Notes: generated by a model from the letters alone, not told the origin. A stretch of 64,000 bases of DNA from Macrostomum hystrix (GCA_950097015.1 CATNEN010000001.1:27094001-27158000), one strand, 5' to 3'; counted from the first letter of the stretch, positions 1 to 13,200 are shown. Translations and numbers: made by a program.

Positions 1-644
1 TTTCTTGTTTCTATCGCGACCGCTATGCTAAATACGCTTAATTTCAAATTGCTTTTGTGAATTTTGTCCCGGAATAACGCTCTGATATATTTGTGAAGTT
101 ATACTGCGTTCTTGTATTGTTGCCGTGTGTCCCAGTTGCATTGTCCCGTTGTTTTTGCTATTTGTCATTTGCTTAATTTAATTGTCGTTGCCATGGTGTG
201 TGTCATTATGGAATTTCGTTCGGATTTCTTTGTTATTTTTACTCGCCGTTGCTACTGTTTTTCCACCGTGTTCGATTATTGTTCCTATTGTTAGTTGCTT
301 AATTGGTCAGATGCATTGCTAAGATGTTGCTGTGTTATTTCCTGATGTGTTGTCTAATTAGTATTGCTTATTGCTTAGTTATTACTCTGCCGAGTTGCGA
401 CTGCTTTGTATTGCTATTGCTCAGTTATTATTCGAATTGAATTTGACTCCTGAACTTTTTTATATATATTTTTTTCAGATTTATGCTAAGATAGTCGTAA
501 TACTTTATTTCGCACGAATTCAAAATTTTAGAGAGTTACGTATTTCATACCCGAATATTTGGTCTTTGTTAATTTCCGAATCGATATTGTCATGTTACAA
601 TTTTTTCCTCATTTTCCCTACTTACTTCTTTTAGGAGGGGGGAG

Positions 645-1804
645 TGTAGTGTCAGCTTGTTTGCCCTTCTATCTCCCCATGTTATTATTCAATACTTATT
701 TTTAGACACGTGTATTTTGCTAAGAGTTCATCCACGCCAAGCCAGGCCGGACCAGCTGGGGGAACGGACGCCCACCACCCCGCGAGCGCTACCCCTGGGC
801 TACAGTCCCGACCAATCAGCGAGCGACCCGGCCTCACTACCTGTCTACCCTCGGCAAGAAGCGACCCCGGGGCTCAGAACGGCGGTCGCAAGTCTACTGC
901 GATTTGTCGCCTTGGCTCAAGCTACAGCCAGGCATCCACCTCGCCGATCGACCTAATTTGGGGTTAAAATGACTCTATATAACGAAGCGTGTTTTTGTAG
1001 TCCAAATTATCTTTCTCTCTTTTTCTTCGCAATTCGCCTCACACTGTGAGAAGCACATGCAAATTATCGTTCTCCGCAATTCGCCTCACACTGCGAGAAG
1101 CAGGTGCAACTAGTCCACTTGTTTTGTCCCTCCCCGCCCGACCACACTCCGCTTGTTCAGTTAGGTAGCTTTCGGCGCTACGCGTCTTGAGAGTGCGCCG
1201 CTGACAAGGGTGGTCTAGATAGGCGCTTGTTGTCGAAGTCAGTACGTGCTCTCTTCGGAGACTCCGCCGTCAGGCAGAAGGAGTGCCAACCGATAGGATC
1301 TGTCGGGGCAGCGCTGAAAGCAGAGACAACCGGAGCCTCTCGGGAAGAGTAGGGCGCGGATGTAGGCCAGTTAAGTAAAATTGTTATATCCAAATTGTTA
1401 GACCAGACTTGCTTCTCATTGTGAGCGCGCTATAATTTATTTCCGTGTGAATATCTATTCTGTCAGTATAACTTTTAAGTCAAGTAAACTATATTCAAAG
1501 TAATTCCTATTCGTATCTGGAATCGAAGTCACAGCCAATTAACTCACTCCTAATCATATTATTCGAGTCTTCGTGTTCGTACTGTGTTATTCTTTTTCAT
1601 TGGGAGTTTCGCCGGGCCGGAGGGACACGCGGGTCTCATCGCTTATCTATTCCGCTTCGCTCGCTACCACAGTCTCTAACGCTATTTAATTCCAGATTCC
1701 CTGCTGCTATTGAAACGATTGGTAGGACACCGACCCCGGTGAATAGTGAATAGTCGCTATCTTTAAATTCCTCACGCTCCAGCTAGGACATTAATTTTAT
1801 TACA
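645..1804 (+). mobile_element. 3' LTR (~1.16 kb) of an LTR retrotransposon; bases 1-644 are probably its 3' internal region
   Basis: Polypurine tract AGGAGGGGGGAG (633-644) directly precedes TGTAGTGTC; ends ...TTATTACA. Same start, similar length and a shared GTAGGACACC(C)GACC motif with the solo LTR at 22194-23349. Confidence 0.75.
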
Positions 1805-2095
1805 CCAGATCCTCAGTTTGGTGACAATCCCAGATCCTCAGTTTGGGACAATCCCAGATTGGTGATAATCCCCCAGATAAAAAGTTTTAAACAATGAAAT
1901 GAACTAAGCCTTGTTACAACACTGATACAACACAACAACAATGATACAACATTGATACGATACACCGATACAATGATACAACAATATATAAAAATTTAAA
2001 GCTCAGTTTAATGACAATTATACCAGATCCTCAGTTTGGTGACAATCCCAGATCCTCAGTTTGGTGACAATCCCAGATTCTCAGTTTGGGGACAA
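1805..2095. repeat. Short tandem repeats (CCAGATCCTCAGTTTGGTGACAATC ~25-mer; GATACAAC-type repeats)
   Basis: Repeated units visible at 1805-1880 and 2023-2095, with GATACA repeats between them. Confidence 0.8.
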
Positions 2096-2185
2096 TCAGT
2101 CCATGACAACTAAATAACAAAACAACGAAACTAATTCACTAAGTTGACTTATGCTGGAATGCCGGATGCTGTTGCCAGGGGCCGG

Positions 2186-2554
2186 TTACCAAGGACGCCA
2201 CACAGGCTGCGCTCCCTCCTGGTCCATCGACTGGCTAGATTCTTCGTCAGTAGACAAAACCGAAACCGTTAATGAGGCCGAAGACTTGCAGCAGAAGCTC
2301 ATGGCCGTAGATTGAGTCTTGGCTGAGTCATACAGCAGCAGCTCCACAGTCAGCTCCAGGATGTCGGCCTTCTCTAGGCGCTTAATCCGGTACGGTTTTA
2401 TCACCTTGTTGGCCTGCAGCAGCTCTTTGAGTCTGTCCAAGCTGGCATTAATTCTGGCTCTGCGCTGCTGCTCCATCACCTGCTTGCTGATTCTCCTATG
2501 CTCCATCAATTCTACTGGGCGCGTGGTTCGTGTTTTTTTAATTCGGAGCTCCAT
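2186..2554 (-). CDS. hes: Hairy/Enhancer-of-split family bHLH repressor, intronless, 122 aa, no Orange domain
   Basis: bHLH signature KQVMEQQRRARINASLDRLKELL...RLEKADILELTV and C-terminal WRPW Groucho-binding motif; TATA-like TATAAA on the minus strand at ~2590. Symbol is family-level only. Confidence 0.9.
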   Translation of the reverse strand: MELRIKKTRTTRPVELMEHRRISKQVMEQQRRARINASLDRLKELLQANKVIKPYRIKRLEKADILELTVELLLYDSAKTQSTAMSFCCKSSASLTVSVLSTDEESSQSMDQEGAQPVWRPW

Positions 2555-2579
2555 CGAAATTTCGAAATCGACCGGCCGA

Positions 2580-2825
2580 GTTTATAATTTTATAAGTACC
2601 CCCTGCGCCGCCAACCCCCTGTTTCCTTTCCTCTATCCCCGCTTCACTCGTGAAATGAATTCTGTTCCAGAATGTTCTAGAATGTTCTGCAGTTTTAGCT
2701 GTCATGTTCAGCCTAGATTCTCCCAAATGTGCCTTATCTAAAAACAAACCTCATAAGCAAACAAGATAGATCATCTTCGTTGCAACGAGCGTGTGAATTA
2801 AAAAATAACTGTCAACACAGGTGGA
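2580..2825 (-). promoter_or_regulatory. Putative HES proximal promoter: TATA, candidate Su(H)/CSL site CGTGTGAA (2790), E-box CAGGTG (2818)
   Basis: Motifs are conserved in the paralogous promoter (19750-20000) and partly re-duplicated at 7760-7880 and 38577-38800. Function is inferred. Confidence 0.45.
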
Positions 2826-4539
2826 CAGGCGGCTTATTCTGAAGTTCTGACGGGCTTTAAGTTCTCTGAGTCGTTGTTCCCTTTGAGAAAACAAACTTCA
2901 GAATTTTTAGATAAGGGTCAGCATGTCGTAACCCAGTCCATGGACTGAACACTTCTGCAGCCAGCAGCTTGATCTTCGTAAAAATATTTTGTTTTATAAA
3001 ATTAAAAAGCGAGAAAACCAAAACCGAATTGATATTTAGAACTGCAGCAGCATTACACAGTTGTAGTTCGAATTTTCATAATGTACAGCGCTAATTTCCT
3101 ACGGCATTGTCAGTCTTGACGCCACTTTGGCTTAACAACAGCCAGTGAAAAAGTGTTTTTGTCCTTCAAAAAGCCAGTCACACAGCAATAGTTAGAAAAT
3201 CATAAACATATTTCATATATCACATATTTCTCAAACGTAGAATTTGAGAATTCACATTTATTTTGGCTTGAACAAATCACTTTTTAAGCTGCAATGCACT
3301 GCAAACCTTTGTTTTCACTTTCACTTTCACTTCTCCGTTAATCTAACGCACGTGTTAAATTTCAAACCGATAAACATAAGTTGACACTGAAAGTAATTAG
3401 ACAAGACGAAATAAATACAAAGACTCATGAGATTTTTTCCTGCCATTTCTTCATTTCTTCACAAGTTTGTGTATAGGTTCTGAAGTATTTATGCACTGTA
3501 GCTACAGTTTTTACAGAAGGCACATTTTTACCATTTTACCTTTAAGTCTCTTATAGCAGCTCAAGTTCTGTGTTTATCTATATTAGCAAATTTTGAAATG
3601 TCAACTAGGGATAAAAAGAGGGCCTCAGTTTAATCAATATTCATAAAGGCATTCAGAACAAGATTAGTTTATTCACAGTTAGTCAATCATGTCTTTTTGG
3701 TTGGCACTCAACAGGCTGTTGTTGATTGTTGGCCATTCAGCTTCAACACCAGACTAGGATTCTTGGGACTCCTTGTCCTGTTAGATAGGCTCTCCTTGTC
3801 CTGTTAGGTGTGAGAGGTGAGACAGTTGGTTTGCTGTTTGTATTTAGATCTATAGCTAGGCAAGAAGGGGCAGAAGGCTGATAAGAGCTTATAAAGGATT
3901 GTTAGCTATATTAGGTTAAATAGGACCACAATTGAGGTAATTATACAGGGCTGGTATGAACTGTGTATGGGGCTTGAGCATAAATGTACAAGATCTGATA
4001 GCTCAAGTGTACACTCTAGTACATCAGATAACTCAGTAAAGATAGCTAGCAATGCCACAATTCTAGCTAGTGTTATAAAGACCTGGGGAAAATAGTGTTC
4101 ATAAATAAATAGTCATTAGCTAGAGGAATTTCATAAACAGCAGTTTCAAGACAAGCAACTGCTCATGCAGTATCAAAACCAATAGCTCAAGGCAAACTGC
4201 TGTGCGTGCATTATCAAAACTGAGAGCTCAAGCAGCCAGCAAAAAATTTGTGAGTTGGGTATCTTGGGCTGGGTTGGGCTAACACTGAGAAATGATTATG
4301 TACTCAAGCACTTACCATAGCCTTTAATCATATGTGATTAGTTCTCATATGCCCTTAGGTATACCATGAGAGTGAAGACAACTAGATGCCACAATTCCAG
4401 CTAGTGAGCCAGTGTGATAAAGACCTGGTAAAATAAAATTGATAAATAAATAGTCATTATAAGGAAATTTCATAGCAAAGTTATGTACCTGTACCAGACC
4501 AAATATAGTGTACACTAGGATCACTTATATTGCTTGTAG

Positions 4540-4830
4540 GAACAAGAAGAGAAGACGAGAAAAAAGGAGAGGAGAGAAGAGGAGAGGAAAGAAGAGAGGA
4601 AAGAAGAGCAGAGAAGAGTAAAGGAAAGGAGAGGAGAGGGGGAGAGGAGAGAAGAGCAGAGCAGAGGAGAGGAGAGAAGAGAGCAGAGAAGAGGAGAGGA
4701 GAGCAGAGGAAAGGAGAGGGGAGGGGGAGAGGAGGGGGAGAGGAGAGGAGAAGAGGAGGGGGAGAGGAGAGGAGAGGAGAGGAAAAGAGGAGGAGAGGAG
4801 AGGAGAAGAGGAGGGGAGAGGGGAGGAGAG
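4540..4830 (+). repeat. GA-rich polypurine low-complexity tract
   Basis: GAGAG/GGAGA runs; a shorter paralogue lies at 35355-35480. Confidence 0.9.
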
Positions 4831-5746
4831 AATTTCATAAACAGCAGTTTCAAGGCAAACTACTGCTCATGCAGTATCAAAACCAATAGCTCAAGGCAAA
4901 CTACTGTGCATGCATTATCAAAACTAAGAGCTCAAGCAACCAGCAATTGTGTGTTAGGTATCTTGGGCTGGGTTGGGCTAACACTAAAAATGATTATGTA
5001 CTCAAGCACTTACCATAGCCTTTAATCATGTGATTAGTTCTCATATGCCCTTAGCTATGCCATGAGAGTGAAGACAACCAGATGCCACAATTCCAGCTAG
5101 TGGGCCAGTATGATAAAAACCTGGTAAAATAAAGTTGATAAATAAATAGTCATTATAAAGAAATTTCATAGCAAAGTTATATAACTGTACCAGACCAAAT
5201 AACTCTAGTGTACACTGGGATCAATTGTTATTGCTTTGCAGGAGCTAACCAACAATTTTGGGTTGGGTATCTAGCAAACACTTTACAACAAATGATTAGC
5301 CAAGCCTTACCAGTTCTCAGATGCCAGCCTGAAGATAGCAAGCAAAGCCATCATTCCAGCTTGTGTGATAAGGACCAGTTAAGATGTACTAAGCCTCACT
5401 GCAGTTTGCTAAGTTTTTACCATCCTTTTAACTGCTTTCACTTTCTTGAATCCTTAATTCCTTTCAGGCTCTTCAATTATTTGTAGCCACATTTCACTTT
5501 TCTTTTAAGCTTTCAGCTGAAATGCCTCTGACATTATCCATGAGCAATGAGCTGCAGCTCAGGAGCATTGAGCTAAAAGCTAGGTTTCTGTAGCTAGTGA
5601 AACCAAGCTCTACACTTTTACCATCCTTTTAACTACCTTAAACCCATTTGAACATTTTAAACACCCTTTGATACACTTATTTTACTCTTATTCACTTCTA
5701 CTTTTGCTTTATCTTTAATTTTACTTATTTACTTTTCAATTTTCAG

Positions 5747-6102
5747 AGAATTCGGACATTTCAGTATTATGGATACGCAGCAGCAGCAGCAACAGAAGCA
5801 GCTCGCCGGTAGCGCATCGGCGCTAATATTGGAAAACGCTAGAAACGAAGAAGAAGAACAGAAGCAGCAACAGAAGCAGCTCGCCGGTAGCGCATCGGCG
5901 CTAATATTGGAAAACGCTAGAAACGAAGAAGAACAGAAGCAGCAACAGCAGCAGCCCAGCAGCCTGAGCCCATGGCAGCTGCTGCCGACGACCACCACCA
6001 CTGACAAGATCCAGTGGTGGAAGGAGAAGGGAGGGGCCGGGGCGGCCACTAATTTCACGCCGCCGAGGCCCCGGTGCCCTCCCTCACAGAAGAAATAAAT
6101 AA
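5747..6102 (+). other. Putative polyQ-coding exon / short ORF of a second cargo gene
   Basis: TTTCAG acceptor and AAG|GTTTGT donor are conserved with paralogue 36391-36960; both encode KIQWWKxKGGAGAATNFTPPRP. Confidence 0.35.
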
Positions 6103-9100
6103 GGTTTGTCTAAGCTAACCATATGTGATACCTTTATTCCTGAATTCTTAATCCTTAATCGTTAATTCCTTAAATAAGAGCCAAGCGTGCAATTATACCC
6201 ATTTGCAGGTGTAAGTTTTCATTGACTCCGGTAAAACAATATTTACTTTTAGCCATAACATCGCCATTTATCAAACTGCGATTGTCACACTACAATGCTA
6301 ATGCAATATTACAACGTAACAATATGTACTAACATTCAATATGATTGTAGCCATAATGTCATGTGTCCGTGTTTAACCAGAAAATTGCATGAGCCATCCT
6401 CCAAGCTTTATAGTAAGTTTATCTGCAAATTTATAGAAGCAGATAGCAACTGCGTACGAAGACAAACCCCTCACTCCACCTTCATGCTGTCCAATAACAA
6501 GCTGCTAACACACCTTGAAACCTCCCACTTCGTCATTTCAGACGCATTTTTGAGGGATCTTAAACTCGACGCTTGCGTTTGAGTCATGCATAGATGAGTC
6601 ATGCATGCATTCAGATCTGGCGTCTGAAATATTTTGGAATACATCTTTGCTTGTTGTCTTCCTTTATTTCACTCATATTTATTTATTAGCTTGATGCACA
6701 GCCTAAATGTTTAGCTTCTTAGCTTTAGCTTAGCATGATAACCAACATATTTATCGAGCACTCCTTGCTTCGTGTTCCTGCACTTGCTCACTTGCTTTGC
6801 TTGCCTGCCTTGCTACAATTCGTAGCAAAAGTACATTATTTTCATTTCTACTAACATTTATACTAAGCTGCTACTAACATTTACACTCCGACCCTTAAGC
6901 TAGCTCACTTAAAAGATTCGCATGCTTACCATCTGACCTCTGTGTCCCTGTAGCTAAGAGTTTGCTACAATTCGTAGCAAAAGTACATTTTTTTCATTTC
7001 TACTAACATTTATACTAAGCTGCTACTAACATTTACACTCCGACTCTTAAGCTAGCTCACTTAAAAGATTCGCATGCTTCCCATCTGATTACAGACAATC
7101 GTTATAGACAAAGATAAATATGTAAATTGGTTTTGAAACATTCCATATTTTTTCCAGACGTTCTCCATGAACACCTGACGCCTGGTACACGGTCAGGCGT
7201 GTCAAGAAACGGAAGCTGCGGATGACATTGATATTAGTGTCTATTCTAATTCAATCAGCTACTCAGCGTCGAGTAGCAGTTGGCCCAGCATCCCGGCGAG
7301 CTGTATCTGGCCGAGTTTAGCAGGTTAGATAACGATCAGCGACCTTCACGGACTCATGTCATGTCAATGGAGTTCCACGGCTGCGCTCGCAACAAGGTTG
7401 AATAATCTTTTTGTTTTGTTTGTTGTAGTTTATGAAATAATGTGCAGCAACAATTAGTTTATTTATAGTATTTATAAGTAGCATTTATATAGCATTTATA
7501 AGTACTTGTAGTTATCTCATACTTTTATAGGAAACAGTCTGTTTTAATTACATGTCTTCAAAATCAAGGTTTAATTACAGATGATAAGTCATGCATGGGG
7601 AATATGAGAAAACACGAGAAAACAGAACAAAACATATCCGTAAGAAAAAATAGTTTTCGTGAGTGAAGTAACGCAACTGAGAATCGGACAATCCGTACTT
7701 TAATTCTGAGTCATTGTCTGGATCATGTGATTTCTAGGGTATTGTTGGGTAATGTGCATCCCCGCTTCACTCGTGAAATGAATTCTGTTCTAGAATTCCT
7801 ATCTGTGGTTTTAGATGTCATGTTCAGCCTAGATTCCCCCAAATGTGCCTTATCTAAAAACAAACCTCATAAGCAAACAAGCTAGCACAGGTAGTGTTAC
7901 ACTTAAAATAAAAAAGCAAGAAAAACAAAACCCAATTCATATTTAATACTGCAGTACACCGCTAGCTGGACTTTTCAGATCTCATACTTGTTTACATGAG
8001 TGAAGTAGCGCAACTGACAATCAGACAATCCGTGATGTAATTCTGAGTCATTGTCTATTTGTCTGGATCATGTGATTTCTAGGGCAACGTAGGGATTTCT
8101 GAGGTATTAATTAAATTATGGGATTTATGATTTGGGTGTCATTTTGTCTAAGTCATTTTTCTAAAAAAAGTTTTACTTTCTCGTGGTCGAGGTGAAATTT
8201 GTAAAAGTGCTTGTCTCTTGGGTGGGTCTTGGTGATAAGCTTGTCCTCCTAGTAATGCCTCAGCGCTCGCTTCATCGTTTCAAAGCTCATGTCCCGCCGC
8301 TTGTGACTGCTCCAGGCCTCTCTATATCTCTCCATCTCTCTCTATATCTCTCCATCTCTCTCCATGTCTCTCTATATCTCATTGTATCTCTTTGTATTTA
8401 CTTAAAAACGCATACCGTACTGACTTTGCATGATGACACTCTCAGTCTAAAACATTGCAATATAAATGATGTCTGTAGTTCCCTTACTCGTCTTTTCAAT
8501 CATTCCCTCTCTGAATGCGCTTTATAACACGTTTCATATGCATATTTGCTTTGAAATTGATAAAAAATCTGTACCTTTAGCTGCGTCAAAAGTATTTAAT
8601 GAGACTATAAGAGACATATTCGTAAACCATTTATAGCGGTTACGAATAGAAAATTTACATGAGCATGTTCAATTTTATTTATTTAAAGTGATTGCCGCTT
8701 TATATATACGGCGTGCATACAACATAATGAAACATACGTATGAAAAGTACATGGTTGTCGTCGGTGTCCCAATAGATTTGAGCACAGCTTATCGAGTCGG
8801 ATTCAATTGAAAATCAATCTAGAAATGATTTCCTAAATGACTGAGTTGGTTTCATGATTTCAAATGATTTCCACTCGAACTTATTAACCTGGAAAGTCAA
8901 CTAGAAAATTTTATCTTGACTCTGACTATGTCAGTACTATGTCTATAAATATTTGCTCAGTTAAAGAGTGACTAAGCATCCCAAACTTAACTGGTGCCTA
9001 CGAGAGAAATCTACTAATGCGAAACAAAAAATTTAATTTCTTTTCTTTGATCTCTCTCTGACTTATCATGTCATTAATGGCATTAATAACATTAATTAAA

Positions 9101-9194
9101 ACTTTAAATAACTGACTTCCCTGTACACCTGGGAACATTCGTAAATACAACTCAACTCGGATTCCTGCGAAATCTACTGCATCTAACTACCACA

Positions 9195-9720
9195 CTTCCT
9201 CTCACCCTACTGCTCTCCCTCTCACTCTACTGATCTCCCTCTCACCCTACTGCTCTCCCTCTCACCCTACTGCTCTCCCTCTCACCCTACTGATCTCCCT
9301 CTCACCCTACTGCTCTCCCTCTCACCCTACTGCTCTCCCTCTCACCCTACTGATCTCCCTCTCACCCTATTTTCAATTCTTGTCCAGTAAATGCTTTTTA
9401 GCAGCTGTATAATTTTCAGCTTTTTTACAGCTACAAAGATCCCCCAGTTGACAATGATCTCTAAGTTGACAATGATCCCCCAGTTGACAATGACCCCCCA
9501 GTTGACAATGATCCCTCAGTTGACAATGATCCCCCAGTTGACAATAATCCCCCAGTTGACAATCATCCCCCAGTTGACCATGATCCCCCAGTTGACCATG
9601 ATCCCCCAGTTGACCAGGATCCTCCATTTGATGATGACTACCCATTGATGATGATCCCCAGTTGACAATAATCCCCCAGTTGACAATGATCCCCCAGTTG
9701 ACAATTATCCCCCAGTTGAA
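9195..9720. repeat. Subterminal minisatellites: 20-bp CTCACCCTACTGCTCTCCCT and 18-bp ATCCCCCAGTTGACAATG
   Basis: Direct tandem arrays; they explain the periodic ORFs in the ORF track. Confidence 0.95.
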
Positions 9721-9949
9721 AATGGTCGATTAAGTACTGCGCTCAAAAAATACAACACAGCCTACTAACAGTAGATTTTGAGGATGTGCCCCGAATTTTA
9801 TTTACCCCCCACCCACCCCAACTCGCGCCCCACACTGGTGGGCCACCAGCGCCCCGCTGTACGCCCCACTATACGCCCACCCACCGGTGCCTGGTGGGAA
9901 GGCGCATAGTGGGGCGTACAGAGGGGCGTATAGTAAATGTCCCACCGGG

Positions 9950-10305
9950 GTGAGAAGCACGTGCAACTAGTCCACTTGTTTTGTCCCTCCCCGCCCGACA
10001 ACGCTCCGCTTGTTCAGTTAGGTAGCTTTCGGCGCTACGCGTCTTGAGAGTGCGCCGCTGACAAGGGTGGTCTAGATAGGCGCTTGTTGTCGAATTCAGT
10101 ACGTGCTCTCTTCGGAGACTCCGCCGTCAGGCAGGAGTGCCAACCGATAGGATCTGTCGGGGCAGCGCTGAAAGCAGAGACAACCGGAGCCTCTCGGGAA
10201 GAGTAGGGCGCGGATGTAGGCCAGTTAAGTAAAAATTGTTATATCCAAATTGTTAGACCAGACTTGCTTCTCACTGTGAGCGCGCTATAATTTATTTCCG
10301 TGTGA
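9950..10305 (+). mobile_element. Internal fragment of the 645-1804 LTR family
   Basis: Near-identical to ~1095-1450. Confidence 0.85.
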
Positions 10306-11600
10306 ACATGGCTACGTACCAGTATAAAGTCAGAGGCAAACGAACGCACGAAATTCCGCATGCCGACGCGTTGTCGAGACTACTAACAGACGGCAATAAC
10401 TGGAGCGACAAAACGGCGACTGAAGCGGTTAATGAAGTGGCGGCGGTGGACATCGCCTTGTCAGAAGATGGACCCGTCACGAAGGAGCAGATGGAGCAGG
10501 CGTCTAAGGAGGACAAGGAGATCCTAGACGTTCTACAGAAGTTGCGATCTGGTGAAGACGTGCCGGACGCATACAGAAGAGTACAGAGCAGGCTGAATTG
10601 CAGCGACCATCTACTGTTATTGGACCATCGGATCGTCATCCCGGTGAAGTTCCGAGCACGAGTCATCCAATTTCTCCACTGCTCCCATCCCGGAATGCAA
10701 GCCATGAAGGCGTGGGCCCGCCAGTATGTCTGGTGGCCGCTAATGGAGACGGAGATAGAAAAGTGCGTGTCGGAATGCCACACGTGCCAGCGCTTGAGAC
10801 CGTCCCAGAAATCGGTGCTCAAACCGTGGCCAAAGGAGGCGTGGGGCCGAGTGCATGCTGACCTGGGACAACTGGAGGGAAGCAACTTCCTGGTGGTTTC
10901 GGACGCCAAGACGGGATTCATCGCTGCCGAATGGGTGCGCGAAGTTGATGCAACGTCGGTCATTAGAGTACTCCGAAGAGCATTTTGCAACTTTGGCATC
11001 CCAGAGATACTCGTCACTGATAACGGACGACAGTTTGTGGCTCATGAGACGGAGGCCTGACTGAAGAGAATGGGAGTGTTACACCTGAAGTCGCCCCGCT
11101 ACCACCCCGCATCAAATGGCGTAGCAGAGGCTGCCGTGAAAAAGCTGAAGACCAAGCTGAAGCAGCTGAATGACCCAGATCCGGAGTTTCGGATGCAACA
11201 GGCATTGTACGCGGTGCGCGTCTGTCCAAGAGTAAACGGAGTCGCGCCATGCCGAGAAATGTTTGGGCGCGAGTTCAACACGCGACTCTCACTGCTGCAA
11301 CGTCGGTCCTTCCAAGACAAGCGTATTGACCAAGCCTACAGCCCAGTCTGGGTCCAGGATCCGTTTAATAAGGAGAGGAGGGAAGGAGTACTGCGCGAAG
11401 CTGTCGGCGAACAGTTGAGACGAGTGCGGGGCGAGCAAGGACGAGATCTGGTCGTGCACCGTGTCCATGTCAGGGACAGAGCCGAGGCAACGAATGAGCC
11501 AGAGAGAGAACCTCCAAGTGCTGAGGATCAACCGATGGCGGATCGCAGATACCCCCAGCGAACGCGAAGACCACCGGAGAGGTATCAGGCTCAAGATTGA
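10302..11600 (+). pseudogene. Ty3/Gypsy pol fragment: RNase H end, HHCC zinc domain and integrase core
   Basis: HADALSRL, LHCSHPG...YVWWP...CHTC, VHADL / VTDNG / GVAEAAV (DDE). One in-frame TGA at 11058-11060; 5' truncated. Confidence 0.9.
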
Positions 11601-11612
11601 AAGGAAGAGGGA

Positions 11613-11807
11613 TGTTTTGACGTGACACAGATTTAGTTTCCTTGCTGCCTAGTTTGCTTGCTGCTTCTAAAAGGGTCTAGGGTTGAAACCCTAGATACTC
11701 GTTACAGTATTGAATGCTTAAGACGGCTAGCGAGCCAAAGAAATATATTAAGTGTTTTTGGGAGCGGCTACGCTAATGAGTGGCATAAGCCCGCCAACGC
11801 TCAAACA
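11613..11807 (+). mobile_element. Short 3' LTR of the preceding Gypsy element
   Basis: PPT GAAAGGAAGAGGGA followed by TGTTTTGACG...CGCTCAAACA inverted ends. Confidence 0.7.
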
Positions 11808-12142
11808 CTATCTTACGGCTTTCTTCGGTGCTACTAAGGACATAACATCAACCAACCGGTTTTTCTGCTTCTGCAATTTTAAAAGGATGCGATTTATAAT
11901 GCAAACTAGCTTTTTTTGCCCGTTGTTTTTGGGGCAGAAATTTAAAGCAAAGCAGTAAGCAATTCACGTCTCTGTATTAACTTTATAGTGAAGGTCACCA
12001 TTTATTTATTTACTGCATTAATGAAAAGTGAAGAGTTTGTTTAAGGGCGTTTTAAGTAAAAACTTAGTGAAAAGTTTGTCCAAACAACCCCCTCTTGATT
12101 ACTTCTTTAGAAACATGTCTCTTAGCCACTCCTCTATACAGT

Positions 12143-12419
12143 CAGTGGCAGATCCAGGATTTTTGTTTTGGGGCGGTCTGTCAGGGGAGCGCCATGAGAA
12201 TCACAGAGGGGGTGCCAGCGGCCGAAAAAGGTCGCCAGGAGCCAAGAAAGGGCGCCAGCGGCTGAAAAACGGGAGCCAGCGGCTGAAAAAGGGGCGCCAG
12301 CGGCCGAAAAGGGGCGCCAGTGTTGCGACTGGCGCCCCTGGTGGGGGCATCTTATTCCCATGATTAAAATTTTGGGGGGGGGCGACTGCCCCCCGCCCCC
12401 CCCCCTAAATCTGCCTCTG
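12143..12419. mobile_element. hAT-type MITE
   Basis: TIRs CAGTGGCAGATCCAGG / CCTAAATCTGCCTCTG and perfect 8-bp TSD TATACAGT. Confidence 0.85.
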
Positions 12420-12577
12420 TATACAGTATGCATGTACAAGCGTATACATAAGGAAAATAGCCATGGCATAACAATAACAATGTCAAAGAAACAAAATTAA
12501 ACTGTTTCAGAGTTCAGAGTTAGACAGGTCAAGGTCAATTCGTGACTACTTTTCTATTAATTGCTTGCGAGTCACCT

Positions 12578-13200
12578 CTAGGCCTGGGGATACACCACAT
12601 TCTTCGTTCCTCCCCTTGGTGCGAAAATGAATAGGCCAGCTGGAGTTCCAACACGGGAGCAGGCGACATAAAGCTGCCCATGCGAGAAGCAAGGAGTCTC
12701 CGGGTTGATGCCAGCCACCTTCAGCGACTGTCCCTGAGCCTTGTTGTCATCGCAAAGCACACTCTCACAGCGAACTGCAGTCGCTTGAACTGAAATGGCA
12801 GGTCCGTGGGGATAATTGGAATCCGGGGAACGAACACAGACTCTCCTCTGCCAGATCCAGTCATTATCGTGGCCTCAATCACGTGTGGGAAGAGCCGCCT
12901 GACTATCAGTCTGGTGCCGTTACACAGCCTTGGCGCATTCAGGTTGCGGAGGAGCATAATTGGTGCCCCAACTTTCAGCTGCAAGTTGTGCGATGGAGTT
13001 CCAGGAGGATCTAGAGAGTTCAGAAACTCAACAGGATACTCCACAGCGGTGTCATCAGTCAACGTTGTATCAATTGACTTGTAGGTGAAAACTGCACCTG
13101 GCAACTCCTGAAGCAGTTGGTAGTTAATTTCGTTGGCGGCATCATTTCTAGGACACAGAATTGCCCTCTCTGACAGCCAGTCAACGCCAGCCTCTCTCTT
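12578..13200 (-). pseudogene. Helitron PIF1-like helicase C-terminal fragment
   Basis: RAILCPRN, LKVGAPIMLLRN, LCNGTRL, FKRLQF..FAMT / NKAQGQSL, FSHGQLYVACSRV; frameshift near 12750. Confidence 0.9.

Larger units (their letters stand above)
2105..9949. repeat. Copy 1 of the HES-bearing duplicated unit, ending in the right TIR TGTCCCACCGGG
   Basis: Colinear and highly similar to 19240-20410 plus 34357-40782. Its left TIR is not seen in the window. Confidence 0.85.

Noticed and set aside
112-1393. Short ORFs at the window start
   Set aside because: They lie in LTR or 3' untranslated retroelement sequence and have no protein motifs.
4521-4889. ORFs rich in E/R/G or S/P/L
   Set aside because: Translations of a GA-rich low-complexity tract.
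5208-6582. ORFs conserved between the duplicated units (5208-5486, 6295-6582 and paralogues)
   Set aside because: Conservation is explained by recent duplication; non-ATG starts or differing ends, and no recognisable domains.
9373-9704. Periodic ORFs (GDHCQL / MIPQLT), also at 39536-40562
   Set aside because: Products of the 18-bp and 20-bp minisatellites; open on both strands with variable copy number.
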